Origin: an uncultured Gemmatimonadales bacterium
GTDB lineage: Bacteria; Gemmatimonadota; Gemmatimonadetes; Gemmatimonadales; Gemmatimonadaceae
Direction of reading: 5' to 3'
Assembly (NCBI GenBank): GCA_963850905.1
Contig: CAWKMU010000003.1
Coordinates: 2,752,001 to 2,816,000 of the forward strand
Length of the DNA: 64,000 nucleotides
The notes beneath the pieces are model-generated. The model made no database searches. It had not been told where the DNA came from and was given only the letters and a program-made list of their open reading frames with translations. Position numbers and translations under genes: made by a program. Shown here piece by piece: positions 20,766 to 30,596 of this stretch; position 1 is the stretch's first letter, and the number at the start of each line of letters is the position of its first letter.

Positions 20766-21224
20766 ATGCGCTGTGGTCCGTCGTTGGTTCGGTGGTTGCC
20801 CGCGGTCGCCCTGTTGGGCGTTGTGAGTGCGGGGACCGCGCAGGCTCAGGAACGCCGTGTCTTCAATCCGCCAGGGGCGCCAACGAACCTGCCGTTCAGC
20901 AATGGAATCCAGGTCGGCAACACGCTGTACATTGCGGGGGTGCAGGGCACGGTCTCGAGCGATATCGAGGCGGAGACGCGGGCCGCGCTCGCGGCCATCA
21001 AGAAGGTGCTCGACGCAGCCGGGTTCAAGCCGAGCGATGTCGTGCAGGTGACGGTGTATTTGAAGGACATCAGTGACTTCCCGAAGATGAACGCTGCCTA
21101 CCGAGAGTTCTTCCCCGATCCCAAGCCGACGCGGACGACGGTCGAGGTCGCGCGCCTGGTCAACAATGCCCACATCGAAATCACGTCCGTAGCGGTCCGC
21201 TCATCTGGAGGATCGGCGCAGTGA
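20766..21224 (+). CDS. RidA/YjgF family protein with N-terminal signal peptide
   Basis: Sec-type leader ...VALLGVVSAGTAQA|Q; PFS, LYIAG, MNAAY..FF..PKPTRT, IEI motifs. Confidence 0.9.
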   Translation: MRCGPSLVRWLPAVALLGVVSAGTAQAQERRVFNPPGAPTNLPFSNGIQVGNTLYIAGVQGTVSSDIEAETRAALAAIKKVLDAAGFKPSDVVQVTVYLKDISDFPKMNAAYREFFPDPKPTRTTVEVARLVNNAHIEITSVAVRSSGGSAQ

Positions 21225-22540
21225 CAACCCGTCGCGACTTTGTGAAGCGATCAGTGGCCGCCAGCGCGCTCGTTGGACTCAACCCCGCTGCCGCCGCCGC
21301 GGCGACTGCACGCGGGGATATCGAGCCGCCATCGGCACCGATCGATTACTACGACAAGCTGGGCGTCACCAAGATCATCAACGCTGCCGGGACCTACACG
21401 TATCTGACAGCGTCGATCATGCCCAAGCAGGTCCAGGATGCCATCACGGTCGCGAGCCGACACAATGTCCGTCTGGCCGAGCTCCAGGCTGCGGCCGGCG
21501 CTTACATCGCCAAGCGCCTGCAATGCGAGGCAGCGCTGGTGAGCGCGGGCGCGGCGTCCGCCTTGTCCCTCGGCGCCGCGGGCTGCATGACCGTCGGCAA
21601 TGCGGACGGCCCGCGAGATGTGCCGATCCGCACGAGCGGCTTCAAGAACGAGTTCATCATCCAGAAAGCGCACCGTTTCCCGCACGAGCACGGTCTGGAG
21701 ATGGCCGGGATGAAGCTGATCGAGGTCGAGACTCTCGACGACTACGAACGTGCATTTACCCCGCGGACCGGCGTCGCGTTCTTCTTCAACGCGGCGGAAG
21801 TCGGGCACGGCGCATTGCAGCAGGGGGTCAAAGGCTGGTCCAACGCGCCGGTCACCTCGATCTCACGCGAGGACTGGATCCGCGTCGCGCATGAGCACAA
21901 CGTCCCGACCTTCCTCAATGCCGCCGCGGATGTGCCGCCCATCTCGAACCTTTGGAATTACACCAAGATGGGGTTCGACCTGGTCACGTTCTCAGGCGGC
22001 AAGGGCATTCGGGGTCCACAGAACGCCGGACTGCTCCTCGGCCGCAAAGACCTGATCGTGGCTGCGGCGGCGAACGATTGTCCCAACGACCGGTCCATTG
22101 GCCGCGGGATGAAAGTCGCCAAGGAGCAAATCGTCGGGATGGTGGCGGCGCTGGATTGGTTCCTCGACCAAACCGACGAGGGGCTCGAGGCGGAGGGGCG
22201 GAGGCGTAGCGCGGTGATCGCGGCTGCGCTACGATCGCTGCCGACCGTGACGACGGAAATCTTCATCCCGCCGATCGCCAACCGCGTTCCGCACCTGATG
22301 ATTCGCTACGACCAGACTCGGATTGCCATCAAGCCCGTCAATGTCGCCGATGCGCTGCGCAAGGGCACGCCGTCGATCGAGCTCAATCCGGGGACCGGGC
22401 ACGAGCGCGGTGCCGCCGGCCTCATCTCGGATGCGAATACCATCGTGATTGGCCCGTGGATGATGAACCCAGGCGAGGACGCGATCGTCGGGCGCAGGCT
22501 GCACGAGGTCCTGAAGGCGGCGCTGCAGCCGCAGGCGTGA
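21221..22540 (+). CDS. SelA-like / DgaE family PLP-dependent enzyme with Tat signal
   Basis: TRRDFVK Tat motif; IINAAGTYT, FSGGK (PLP Lys), GRGMKVAKE. Confidence 0.88.
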   Translation: MTTRRDFVKRSVAASALVGLNPAAAAAATARGDIEPPSAPIDYYDKLGVTKIINAAGTYTYLTASIMPKQVQDAITVASRHNVRLAELQAAAGAYIAKRLQCEAALVSAGAASALSLGAAGCMTVGNADGPRDVPIRTSGFKNEFIIQKAHRFPHEHGLEMAGMKLIEVETLDDYERAFTPRTGVAFFFNAAEVGHGALQQGVKGWSNAPVTSISREDWIRVAHEHNVPTFLNAAADVPPISNLWNYTKMGFDLVTFSGGKGIRGPQNAGLLLGRKDLIVAAAANDCPNDRSIGRGMKVAKEQIVGMVAALDWFLDQTDEGLEAEGRRRSAVIAAALRSLPTVTTEIFIPPIANRVPHLMIRYDQTRIAIKPVNVADALRKGTPSIELNPGTGHERGAAGLISDANTIVIGPWMMNPGEDAIVGRRLHEVLKAALQPQA

Positions 22541-22550
22541 ACTGCGGGGC

Positions 22551-22720
22551 CAGGGGTGAGGGGTCAGGGGACGATAACGGCAACCGCAAGCAATCCACGC
22601 CGACATGTAGGCGCGGCCTTCAGGCCGCCCACCGCCCATGCCCCGACCCGTCATCCTTTTTGCGGTTTGGCGTTGCCGTTCCCCGACTCCTGACCCCTGG
22701 CCCCTGACCCCTGACCCCGC
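22551..22720. repeat. Nested intergenic element: inverted GGGGTCA/TGACCCC heptamer arrays around a GTAG-type REP hairpin at 22607
   Basis: caggggtgaggggtcagggg ... gtaggcgcggccttcaggccgccc ... cctgacccctggcccctgacccctgacccc. Confidence 0.75.
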
Positions 22721-22725
22721 TCCGT

Positions 22726-24096
22726 TCAGCTCCCCCCGGCGCTTGCCGTCTTACCACCTGCTCCGCCCAACCCATACAGCCCCGCCGCGTTCCCCCGCAT
22801 GACCATCACCGCGATCTCTCTCGCGCGCGCGGGTGTCACGGTGCCGTCGCGGATCATCCCGGTGAGCGCGATCGCGAGGGCGCGCCGCGCCGTGCGCGTT
22901 GCCACCCAGCCCTGGTCACCCCACCCGACCGGATCGCTATTGTGGTCGGCGAAGGCGTCGCTGCCGTAGAGCACCTTTCCCGGGAATTCCTCCAACCAGC
23001 GACGGAGCACGGCCGCCAGCGTCTCCGGCGAGAGGATCTGCGTCATCGCCGAGATATCGGCGTAGACGTTTGGCTTCTCGAAAACGGCGAGCGTCTGATC
23101 CCAGTAGGGCCATCCACCGTGCAGCAGCACGAAGCGTGTTTGCCGGAGCGTCGAGTCGTCGAAGACTGATTCCAGCTGCAGCGGCTGAGAGCCCGCGGCT
23201 GGGTAGTAGCCACCGAAGAAGCCGAGGCAGTGAATGTGCACCACCTCGCCGCGCGCGCCGGCCTCGCGCGCGATCGTGCGGAAGAGATAGTCCTCCAGCG
23301 TCGTGTACTCGGCGTGTGTCGGCACGCCGCCGTGGACGTAGCGGGCGTAGATCGCCGCGGCGGAATCGTGCGGCGGATTGCCGAACGCCAGCGGTCGCAA
23401 GTACGCGATCTCGAACTTGTACGCGACAGCGCCATCGCGCTTCATGCGGTCGAGCGTCGGGGTGAGGACCGTCGTCAGGTACTCATCGAGCGTGCCTGGC
23501 AGCGCTGAGACCTGCAGGTCACGCAGGTACCTGCGCAGCACGCGGGCTTCGCGCGGATACAAGACGCGATCGTCCGGCGTCATCGCCGCCTCTCCGGACA
23601 CGTCCAGCGGAAAGAGCAGGGCGTCGACGAACGAAACCCATCGAAATCGCGGCGGTTGCAGCCCACGCCCCATGACGACGCGGTTCGCGAGCATCGTTTC
23701 GGTGCCCATGCGGTCGAGGGCCCAGTTGGCGAGCTGGTCGCCCTCCTTGCTGGCCAGCGCGGCCTTGGCTTGCACGAGCTCGCGCACGTGCGCGTCCGTC
23801 ATGTCGCTGTACCGGTATCCATACAGCGCATGCCACGGCACAACCCAGCGAGGGTTCGCTGGGTCGAGACCGTACGGCATCGGAAAGTCGGGAATGCCCG
23901 CCAACGGCAGCGCGTCGTTGTCCGTGTCCGCGGGCACTCCGGCCTCCGGCGGCAGCAGCGGGTGTGCGTGATTGTCGATCGCCTTGATGCCGTTGATGTA
24001 TGCCAGCAACGACGAGTCGACCGCGGACTGCGCGTGCACCGGCCGACTCGCCAGAGCCGCGGTCACGAGAGCATAACGAAGAGATGCGCACGGCAA
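22726..24096 (-). CDS. Exported amidohydrolase-family metalloenzyme
   Basis: Signal peptide; DNHAH, HIH, LLHGG, LYGSD metal-binding motifs. Confidence 0.88.
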   Translation of the reverse strand: MPCASLRYALVTAALASRPVHAQSAVDSSLLAYINGIKAIDNHAHPLLPPEAGVPADTDNDALPLAGIPDFPMPYGLDPANPRWVVPWHALYGYRYSDMTDAHVRELVQAKAALASKEGDQLANWALDRMGTETMLANRVVMGRGLQPPRFRWVSFVDALLFPLDVSGEAAMTPDDRVLYPREARVLRRYLRDLQVSALPGTLDEYLTTVLTPTLDRMKRDGAVAYKFEIAYLRPLAFGNPPHDSAAAIYARYVHGGVPTHAEYTTLEDYLFRTIAREAGARGEVVHIHCLGFFGGYYPAAGSQPLQLESVFDDSTLRQTRFVLLHGGWPYWDQTLAVFEKPNVYADISAMTQILSPETLAAVLRRWLEEFPGKVLYGSDAFADHNSDPVGWGDQGWVATRTARRALAIALTGMIRDGTVTPARAREIAVMVMRGNAAGLYGLGGAGGKTASAGGS

Positions 24097-24154
24097 CCTC
24101 TTCGGATGGACAGCGTAGAATGTAGAGCTAGACGATAGACAACGACACCGACAT

Positions 24155-24178
24155 GTGGGGGCGGGCTTCAGCCCGCCC
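24155..24178 (+). repeat. REP-like hairpin GTGGGGGCGGGCTTCAGCCCGCCC
   Basis: GT(A/G)G tetranucleotide plus palindrome; preceded by ccgacat, as is the 22607 copy. Confidence 0.6.
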
Positions 24179-24192
24179 GTTCGTGCCGTGCC

Positions 24193-24807
24193 TCAGAGGC
24201 TCGCCAGTTCGGCCAGCATCGCGCGCGCTCGTGAGCCGACAGCCGCGGCGCGATCGCCGGGGCGGTAGAGGGAGGATCCGATGCCGAACCCCGCAGCGCC
24301 GACTGCGACCCACGGTGCCATTGTACCGAGTCCGACGCCACCCACCGGAAGCACGAGCGTGCCAGCTGGTAGGACGGCGCGCAAGGCCTTGAGCGTCGCG
24401 GGAGTCGTGGCTTCGGCCGGAAAGAGCTTGAGCGCATCGGCCCCGGCCGCGAGCACCGCAAAGGCTTCGGTAGGGGTGAAGAATCCAGGCATGGCCAGCG
24501 CATCGGCGGCTTTTGTTGCGCGTACGACATCCACGGCGGCATGCGGGCTCACAATGAGCTTGCCGCCGGCCGCCACGACTTCGCGTACCTCCTGGACGCG
24601 CATCACCGTGCCGGCCCCTATGAGGGCGCGATCACCAAACGCGGACTGCAACCGTTCGATGCTTACGTAAGGCTCTGGCGAGTTGAGTGGCACTTCTATG
24701 ATCACGACGCCGGCATCGACCAACGCGCTTCCGACTGCGACGGCGTCGTCGGGAGTCAGGCCGCGCAGGACCGCCACGATACGGCAGCGGTCGAGCCACG
24801 CTTTCAT
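24193..24807 (-). CDS. dgoA: 2-dehydro-3-deoxy-6-phosphogalactonate aldolase
   Basis: VAVLRG, IEVPLNSP, GAGTV, LKLFPAE, PVGG; ATGA overlap with dgoK. Confidence 0.92.
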   Translation of the reverse strand: MKAWLDRCRIVAVLRGLTPDDAVAVGSALVDAGVVIIEVPLNSPEPYVSIERLQSAFGDRALIGAGTVMRVQEVREVVAAGGKLIVSPHAAVDVVRATKAADALAMPGFFTPTEAFAVLAAGADALKLFPAEATTPATLKALRAVLPAGTLVLPVGGVGLGTMAPWVAVGAAGFGIGSSLYRPGDRAAAVGSRARAMLAELASL

Positions 24808-25670
24808 GTCCACTGCGCACACTCCGCGATCTGGTTGATGCCGATGGCGGCCGTCTCATCACCCCAGACCCGGGAAAAACCGCCGCACGCCTGGATCGCG
24901 CGCGCGTACAGTTTCGTCAGGTCGGAGGCCCCGACGACATGAATCTCGCTTCCGACCGCCACCGCCTGTCGCACTTCGTGCCCGATGAGAAGACCGGACA
25001 GGTACGATCCTGCGCTCGTCTCCGGCAACCGGCCGACGAGCCCCAAACCGCGGATGCCGAAAAGGTGGTGGAGCACCCCGCCAGGATCCGCTGACCGGGC
25101 GACGCCGGCGTCGAACGCGGACTGCACGGCCGGACCGTCGGCGATCGACCGGGCGAGGATGGTGTGCGCGCGAAGCGCCGCGAATGCTTCGCCCGTGAGG
25201 AAGGTCGAGAACGTCACGATGCGCCCGCCGGTGACCTGGACCCACTTGCTGTGGCTCCCCGGCATACAGATCACACCGCTCTTGATGTCGGTGCCGAAAA
25301 CCTGCGCCTCCTCGCCGCGAATGAACTCCGGCACGCCGTTCTGGTCGGCACTGGAGATGCCGGGGACCACGCGGACCGCTGCGCCGTCGAATGGCACTGC
25401 GACCAGCTTCCCCGCGAGGTCGCGAGGCGCCACGGGGCAGGGGACGTACCCAGTCTCGACCCAACCGCCGCGGCTGCCGATCATCCCGGAGAGCAGCACG
25501 CGACCCTCACCTTTGGCCAGCCACGATCCCACGAGGTCGCGTAATGTCGACGCGAACCGGCTTCGATCGATGTGGAGAATCCCCGCGGGCGCGGCGCGAC
25601 GGTCGACGACGGTCCCGCCCTGCACGCGGTACGCCCGGCAGTTGGTGGTCCCCCAATCAACGGCGATCAC
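24804..25670 (-). CDS. dgoK: 2-dehydro-3-deoxygalactonokinase
   Basis: VDWGTT, GMIGSRGGW, RGEE, PGSHSKW, TGE, YLSGLLIGHE. Confidence 0.94.
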   Translation of the reverse strand: MIAVDWGTTNCRAYRVQGGTVVDRRAAPAGILHIDRSRFASTLRDLVGSWLAKGEGRVLLSGMIGSRGGWVETGYVPCPVAPRDLAGKLVAVPFDGAAVRVVPGISSADQNGVPEFIRGEEAQVFGTDIKSGVICMPGSHSKWVQVTGGRIVTFSTFLTGEAFAALRAHTILARSIADGPAVQSAFDAGVARSADPGGVLHHLFGIRGLGLVGRLPETSAGSYLSGLLIGHEVRQAVAVGSEIHVVGASDLTKLYARAIQACGGFSRVWGDETAAIGINQIAECAQWT

Positions 25671-25676
25671 AGCCCG

Positions 25677-26054
25677 TCACGTCGTCCGCTGGGCGGCGAT
25701 GCAGTCGATCTCGACCTCGACGCCGACCAGCTGGCAGCCGATTGTAGTACGAGCCGGCGGGTCGTTCGGAAAAAACTCCCGATAGACGTCGTTGTACTCC
25801 TTGAAGCGGCTCACGTCGCTGAGATACCCGTTGACCTTGACCGCATCGGAGAGCTCGAGACCCACGCCGCGCAGGATCCGCTCGACGTTCCGGATCACCA
25901 GCCGCACCTGATCGGCAAAGGAGGCTGGCACCGCTCCCGTCACCGGATCGCGCGGCACCTGTCCGGATACGTAGACCGCGCCATTCGCGATGACGGCGTG
26001 CGAGTAGTGCCCGCCGGGTTTGGCGGCCTCCTTCACCATGACGGCTGTGCGCAT
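25677..26054 (-). CDS. RidA family enamine/imine deaminase (cytoplasmic)
   Basis: GHYSHA, VSGQ, PPARTT, VEID; lies directly upstream of dgoK. Confidence 0.92.
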   Translation of the reverse strand: MRTAVMVKEAAKPGGHYSHAVIANGAVYVSGQVPRDPVTGAVPASFADQVRLVIRNVERILRGVGLELSDAVKVNGYLSDVSRFKEYNDVYREFFPNDPPARTTIGCQLVGVEVEIDCIAAQRTT

Positions 26055-26195
26055 GCGATGCCTTCCTCGAGGGTTGGGGCTCTGACGCGGGTCCCGCTGG
26101 TCGAACGGCGTCACCAACGATAACGTTGGGCCGGTCGCTGAGCGACCGGCTAGTCGGCGCCCGTAGGCGTCTCTCCTCCATTCCATGGATTGTCG

Positions 26196-27593
26196 ATGAC
26201 AGCCAACACGGCGTTGAGCAGTGCGGAACCCAGCTCCGAGCGCAAGCCTAAAGAGCTGGCACGAGTACTTGGCTTGGGAAACCTGATCTTCATCGTCGTT
26301 GGTACAGTCATTGGCTCCGGCGTTTTCCTGGTACCGGGCGCGGTGCTGCGACAGGTCGACGCCAGGGCAGGCGTAGGGATGGGCATCTGGGTGGTCGGCG
26401 GGGTGCTCTCACTGCTGGGCGCACTCACGTGTGGCGAGTTGGGTGCTATGATGCCCGAAGCGGGCGGTCTGTACGTCTACATTCGCGACGCATTCGGACC
26501 GTTCCTCGCATTCCTGTACGGGTGGGCACAGTTCACCGTGATCGCCAGCGGCTCTATTGCAACGCTCGCGGTAGCGGCACGGGTGTATCTCGGTGCCCTC
26601 GTGCCACTGACTCCCGTGATGGACAAGCTGGTACCGATTGTCGTCATTGCTGTCTTCGCCGCGATCAACGTCTGGGGCACACGAAAGAGCGCCCGCGTGC
26701 TCGGATTGGGGACATCGATCAAGGCTGGTGCGATCGTGATCATGGCGATCCTGCTCTTCGCTGCAGGGCACGTGCAAGTGACCGCCGCGCCGGCGGCGAC
26801 CATCAATCACGTGTCAGGACTTGGTCTGCTCGGTGGTGCGGGCCTGGCCCTTGTCGCCACGTTGTGGGCCTACGAAGGGTGGCAGTACGTGACATTTTCG
26901 GCGGGCGAGACTCGCGACCCGCAGCGCATCTTCCCGCTCGGCATCGTGGTGGGCACGGCATGCGTGGTCGTGCTCTACCTGCTCGCAAATCTTGCCTACG
27001 TGCACGCGCTGGGTCCCGCGGCCGTGGCGACGTCGGACCGTGTGGCCGCGGACGCGATGACTGCTGCCTACGGCCCGGCAGCCGGTTTGGTGATGGTCGT
27101 GATTGTCGAGGTGTCGGTCTGTAGTGCGATGAACGGCGTCATCCTCACTGCGCCGCGTGTGTACTACGCAATGGCCCGCGATGGGGTGTTCTTCCAACGA
27201 CTCGCCGACGTGCATCCGCGGTTCGGCACCCCGGCGTTCGCGATCATTTCGAGTGCCACTTGGGCGATGGTCCTGGCCATGAGCGGCACGTACGCGCAGC
27301 TCTTCACGTACGTGATCGGGACGGGGTGGGCATTCTACGGGGCAGCCGCGCTCACGATTTTCTGGTACCGACGGCATCGACCGGATGCCGTGCGCCCGTT
27401 TCGCGTTCCCGGTTACCCCTGGACGCCCGCGCTCTTCGTGCTCGCCGCTCTGGGTGTGGTCCTCGACGTCATCGTGAAGCAGCCTACCGATGCCGCGAAG
27501 GGTCTGGGAATCGTGCTCCTCGGAGCCCCGGTCTACCTGATTTGGCGGGGGCGGGGAAGAAAACGGGCGGGTGAGAGGACGTCCAACGTCTAA
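26196..27593 (+). CDS. APC family amino acid permease
   Basis: GTVIGSGVF, ELGAMMPEAGG, WAYEGW, RPFRVPGYP. Confidence 0.94.
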   Translation: MTANTALSSAEPSSERKPKELARVLGLGNLIFIVVGTVIGSGVFLVPGAVLRQVDARAGVGMGIWVVGGVLSLLGALTCGELGAMMPEAGGLYVYIRDAFGPFLAFLYGWAQFTVIASGSIATLAVAARVYLGALVPLTPVMDKLVPIVVIAVFAAINVWGTRKSARVLGLGTSIKAGAIVIMAILLFAAGHVQVTAAPAATINHVSGLGLLGGAGLALVATLWAYEGWQYVTFSAGETRDPQRIFPLGIVVGTACVVVLYLLANLAYVHALGPAAVATSDRVAADAMTAAYGPAAGLVMVVIVEVSVCSAMNGVILTAPRVYYAMARDGVFFQRLADVHPRFGTPAFAIISSATWAMVLAMSGTYAQLFTYVIGTGWAFYGAAALTIFWYRRHRPDAVRPFRVPGYPWTPALFVLAALGVVLDVIVKQPTDAAKGLGIVLLGAPVYLIWRGRGRKRAGERTSNV

Positions 27594-27620
27594 CGTCCAA
27601 CGTCTAGCGTCTAACGTCTT
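27579..27620. repeat. Heptamer tandem array (RCGTCYW) x6 containing the stop codons of both convergent genes
   Basis: acgtcca acgtcta acgtcca acgtcta gcgtcta acgtctt. Confidence 0.85.
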
Positions 27621-30502
27621 AAGTCATTCCAGTTCGCGAGCGCGTTGACGACGAGCGCGAACGTTCCCTGTGACTCCCATCGCCAAAGCGGACGAATGCC
27701 GAACATGACGACGTGCCCCTTGCCGACGGGTGCATCGACGACGGCGGCTTTGCCTGCAAGCTCGCCACCCGATACGAGCAAGCCCGAGACGAGCAGTGAG
27801 TCGGGGCGCGTGTGGTATCGAACGATCACGCGCGCGCGGCGCGCCTCGGCCTCGCGCAGAATGGCGGAATCGACGCCGACGTCGATCGCCAGTGTGTCGT
27901 GCTGCAGCACGTTGAGCACCGGTGCGCCACCGAAGTACACCGGGAATGACGGGGCGTCCTCGTACCCGTAGAGCAACGGGCTGTCGCTCGGCATGGGCTG
28001 GGCACGAACAACGGATCCCTGTGCGCGCAGCGCCTTGGCCGGCACGACTTCCACGGTCGGGTTGAACCCGAGTGCAATCGCCAGGTCCGTGGTCCCGCCT
28101 TCCGTGATGAGCAGCCCGCCGCGCTCGACGAACTGCCGCAGGGCAACTGCTCCAGAGAGGCCCATTCCTGGCCGCATGTCGTCGGTCTGATCCCAGAGGC
28201 CGAGGTTGGGCGTCAGCGGACTCTTCTTCCATGGAATCGGCGGGCCAATCATGGGCCGCCCGTTGAGCAGCGTGCTGGTCGAGCCGTTGACGTGCGGGAA
28301 GACCACCACATCGAACCGGTCGAGCGCGGCCGGCTTGCTCAACCCCTGGTCCGCAATCGACGTGTACGGAATGCCCATCTGATCGAACGCGAAACGGACC
28401 CATCCTTCGTTCTGCGTCTCGAGCCAGCTGTGGAGGATCGCGACGCGTGGCAGACTCACGCCGTGGCGCCGCACGGTGACTGGCTGCGACGTCGCGACGC
28501 CCGTCAGGCCCAGCGCGATGAGCGGCGTACGATGATCGTCAGTGCCTTGTTCGACGATGAACGTGCCGCGGGGAAAGTCTTGGCCAGCGACTTTGAACGC
28601 CGTCTCCGCCACGGCGACGCGCGCGCCTGGCACTTTCCAGGGCAGCACGGCGGCTCGCCAATCGCCCGAGTTGCGGACGACGAGGGTCAGACCGGCCCGG
28701 GTGCCACCGCCAGCCGCTTGCGACGCTGCATCGACCGTGATCGCGCCCTGCGCGGTCGCGTCCGCGGTCAGCCGATCCATCGGCCGGCTCAACACGGATG
28801 AATCTCCAACGGGGTACACAACCACGTGCCGCAACAAGTCGAGCGTCCAGCCCGTGTCGTCGTAGGGCGTCGGCTCATTCGCGCCAAAGTGCTGAATCGC
28901 GAGCAGCGTGCGTGCGGTTCCCGCGTACGGCTGGTCCATGCGCACGATCCAGTCGCCGCGATGCACCGCGACGGGGGGCTGCTTCGCCTTGGCACTGTCG
29001 CCTCTGGCCGCGCCAGCCGGCGGCCCCGCGGCCGGATCGCGCGGCGGGGTCATGTCGCTGCCGACTTCAATCGAGCGGGGGGCCTCCTGCGCGGAGAAAT
29101 CCGCCGTCGCTACTTGGATCTCCAGGCCGTGCGTGCGGAAGAGATTCACCAGCGCGGCTGCTTCGCCGGCGTGACGCTGGTCGCGTGGAATGACGAACGC
29201 GTACGGCGCGCTTGTCTCCCCGCGTCGTACCATATCCTCACCCTTCGTCGCGAAATTGGTCAGAAACGTCTCGCGGTTGTCAGCGACGTACCGCAATGCG
29301 ACGAGCAACGCCGATTGCTGATAGTTGATGTTCGACCGGATGCACCACTTGACGCCGTTGACTGGGGGGTTGGCCCGGTCCCACCGGCGCTGGATGGCCT
29401 CGGTCGCGAGGTGCACCGTGTGACAGTCTGCGCCGAGTGATGTGTAGGTCTCGTAGAAGCGACCGATCGAGTTGTGCAGACTCGCAACGGAGAGCACCGT
29501 GTAGTTCGGCGCCCAGCCGTCGTAGAAGCCGTGCGTCCAGATGCCGGGCAGGCCCCGCCGCGTCAGCTCGGTGATTTCCTGATAGGCGAGCGTGTGAAGC
29601 TCGTCGATGAGGATGGGGTCGTACTCATCATTGTAAGGGCCGGTCCCCGTGCTCGCGTAAAGGAAGGGAACTGACTCGTGCAGATCGTGCGCGACGGTCG
29701 GGTGCCAGTTGAGGACCACGTTGACGACGCTCTGCGTTAGGCGCTGGGACACCACCATCGCGTCGCGATTGTTGTCGTGTGCCGTGTATTTTCCCCAGTA
29801 GACGAGGGGAACCCCGCGCTCGCCGACCTTGAGGGCACGCGACTCGGCGAACGCATCGACCTCGCGATCGCGGCCATCGGTCTCGAGCACCGGCGTCATC
29901 AACGTGATCACGCTCGAGCGAATCGCTCGAACGGGTTCCGACTCGTCCACGGCGAGTCGATAGGCCAGCTCCATGAGCATCTCGGGGCTGCCGGTCTCTG
30001 GCGAGTGGATCGAGCCGGTCATCCAGTAAATCGGCTTGGCGTCGTGAATTAGCCGAGCGCGCTCGTCGGCACCGAGGCCGCGCGGGTCCGCCAGCCGAGC
30101 CAGCTTGCTCTTGTACGCGTCGAGACCAGCTATGGTCGCTTCGTCGCTGATGGCGACCAGCAGCATCTCGCGCCCCTCGTCACTAGTACCGGCCGTGAAT
30201 ACCTTCACTCGGGGGGAGGCAGCCGCCAACGCTCGGAAGTAACGGTTGATGTCTGCGACGTGTGACAATTTCCCGACAGTCCCTGGCACGTAGCCCAGTA
30301 CTTTCAGTGGCGATGGCACCGTCGCGGATGCGGGGAGATAGTCGACCATCTCGGTGGAGAACTTCCATTGAGCATCGGTCGGAGTGAGTGCGCGGATTTC
30401 CCGCGTATAGGCCGAATCGATTGGTTGCTGGGCGGCTAATAGCGCGGCCGTGAGTGCCAGCATCGGGGCCGTGATGCTGAGAGAGCGGCGAAGTATCGAC
30501 AT
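27611..30502 (-). CDS. Exported M14-type zinc carboxypeptidase-like protein with C-terminal GATase-like domain
   Basis: IHSPE (HxxE), DNNRD, DLHE motifs; signal peptide after ATG 30502. Confidence 0.9.
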   Translation of the reverse strand: MSILRRSLSITAPMLALTAALLAAQQPIDSAYTREIRALTPTDAQWKFSTEMVDYLPASATVPSPLKVLGYVPGTVGKLSHVADINRYFRALAAASPRVKVFTAGTSDEGREMLLVAISDEATIAGLDAYKSKLARLADPRGLGADERARLIHDAKPIYWMTGSIHSPETGSPEMLMELAYRLAVDESEPVRAIRSSVITLMTPVLETDGRDREVDAFAESRALKVGERGVPLVYWGKYTAHDNNRDAMVVSQRLTQSVVNVVLNWHPTVAHDLHESVPFLYASTGTGPYNDEYDPILIDELHTLAYQEITELTRRGLPGIWTHGFYDGWAPNYTVLSVASLHNSIGRFYETYTSLGADCHTVHLATEAIQRRWDRANPPVNGVKWCIRSNINYQQSALLVALRYVADNRETFLTNFATKGEDMVRRGETSAPYAFVIPRDQRHAGEAAALVNLFRTHGLEIQVATADFSAQEAPRSIEVGSDMTPPRDPAAGPPAGAARGDSAKAKQPPVAVHRGDWIVRMDQPYAGTARTLLAIQHFGANEPTPYDDTGWTLDLLRHVVVYPVGDSSVLSRPMDRLTADATAQGAITVDAASQAAGGGTRAGLTLVVRNSGDWRAAVLPWKVPGARVAVAETAFKVAGQDFPRGTFIVEQGTDDHRTPLIALGLTGVATSQPVTVRRHGVSLPRVAILHSWLETQNEGWVRFAFDQMGIPYTSIADQGLSKPAALDRFDVVVFPHVNGSTSTLLNGRPMIGPPIPWKKSPLTPNLGLWDQTDDMRPGMGLSGAVALRQFVERGGLLITEGGTTDLAIALGFNPTVEVVPAKALRAQGSVVRAQPMPSDSPLLYGYEDAPSFPVYFGGAPVLNVLQHDTLAIDVGVDSAILREAEARRARVIVRYHTRPDSLLVSGLLVSGGELAGKAAVVDAPVGKGHVVMFGIRPLWRWESQGTFALVVNALANWNDLRR

Positions 30503-30596
30503 ACTGGATGGATAGGGTAGCGGAGGGGCTCGGTTGAGGTACAACATACAGCGCGCGCTCGATGTAGCCACCCACTCGCCGAGAGGCTTCTTACCT

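Noticed and set aside
21221..22540. True selenocysteine synthase (selA)
   Set aside because: Carries a Tat signal, no selB/selC/selD nearby, and motifs and context fit the SelA-like DgaE group
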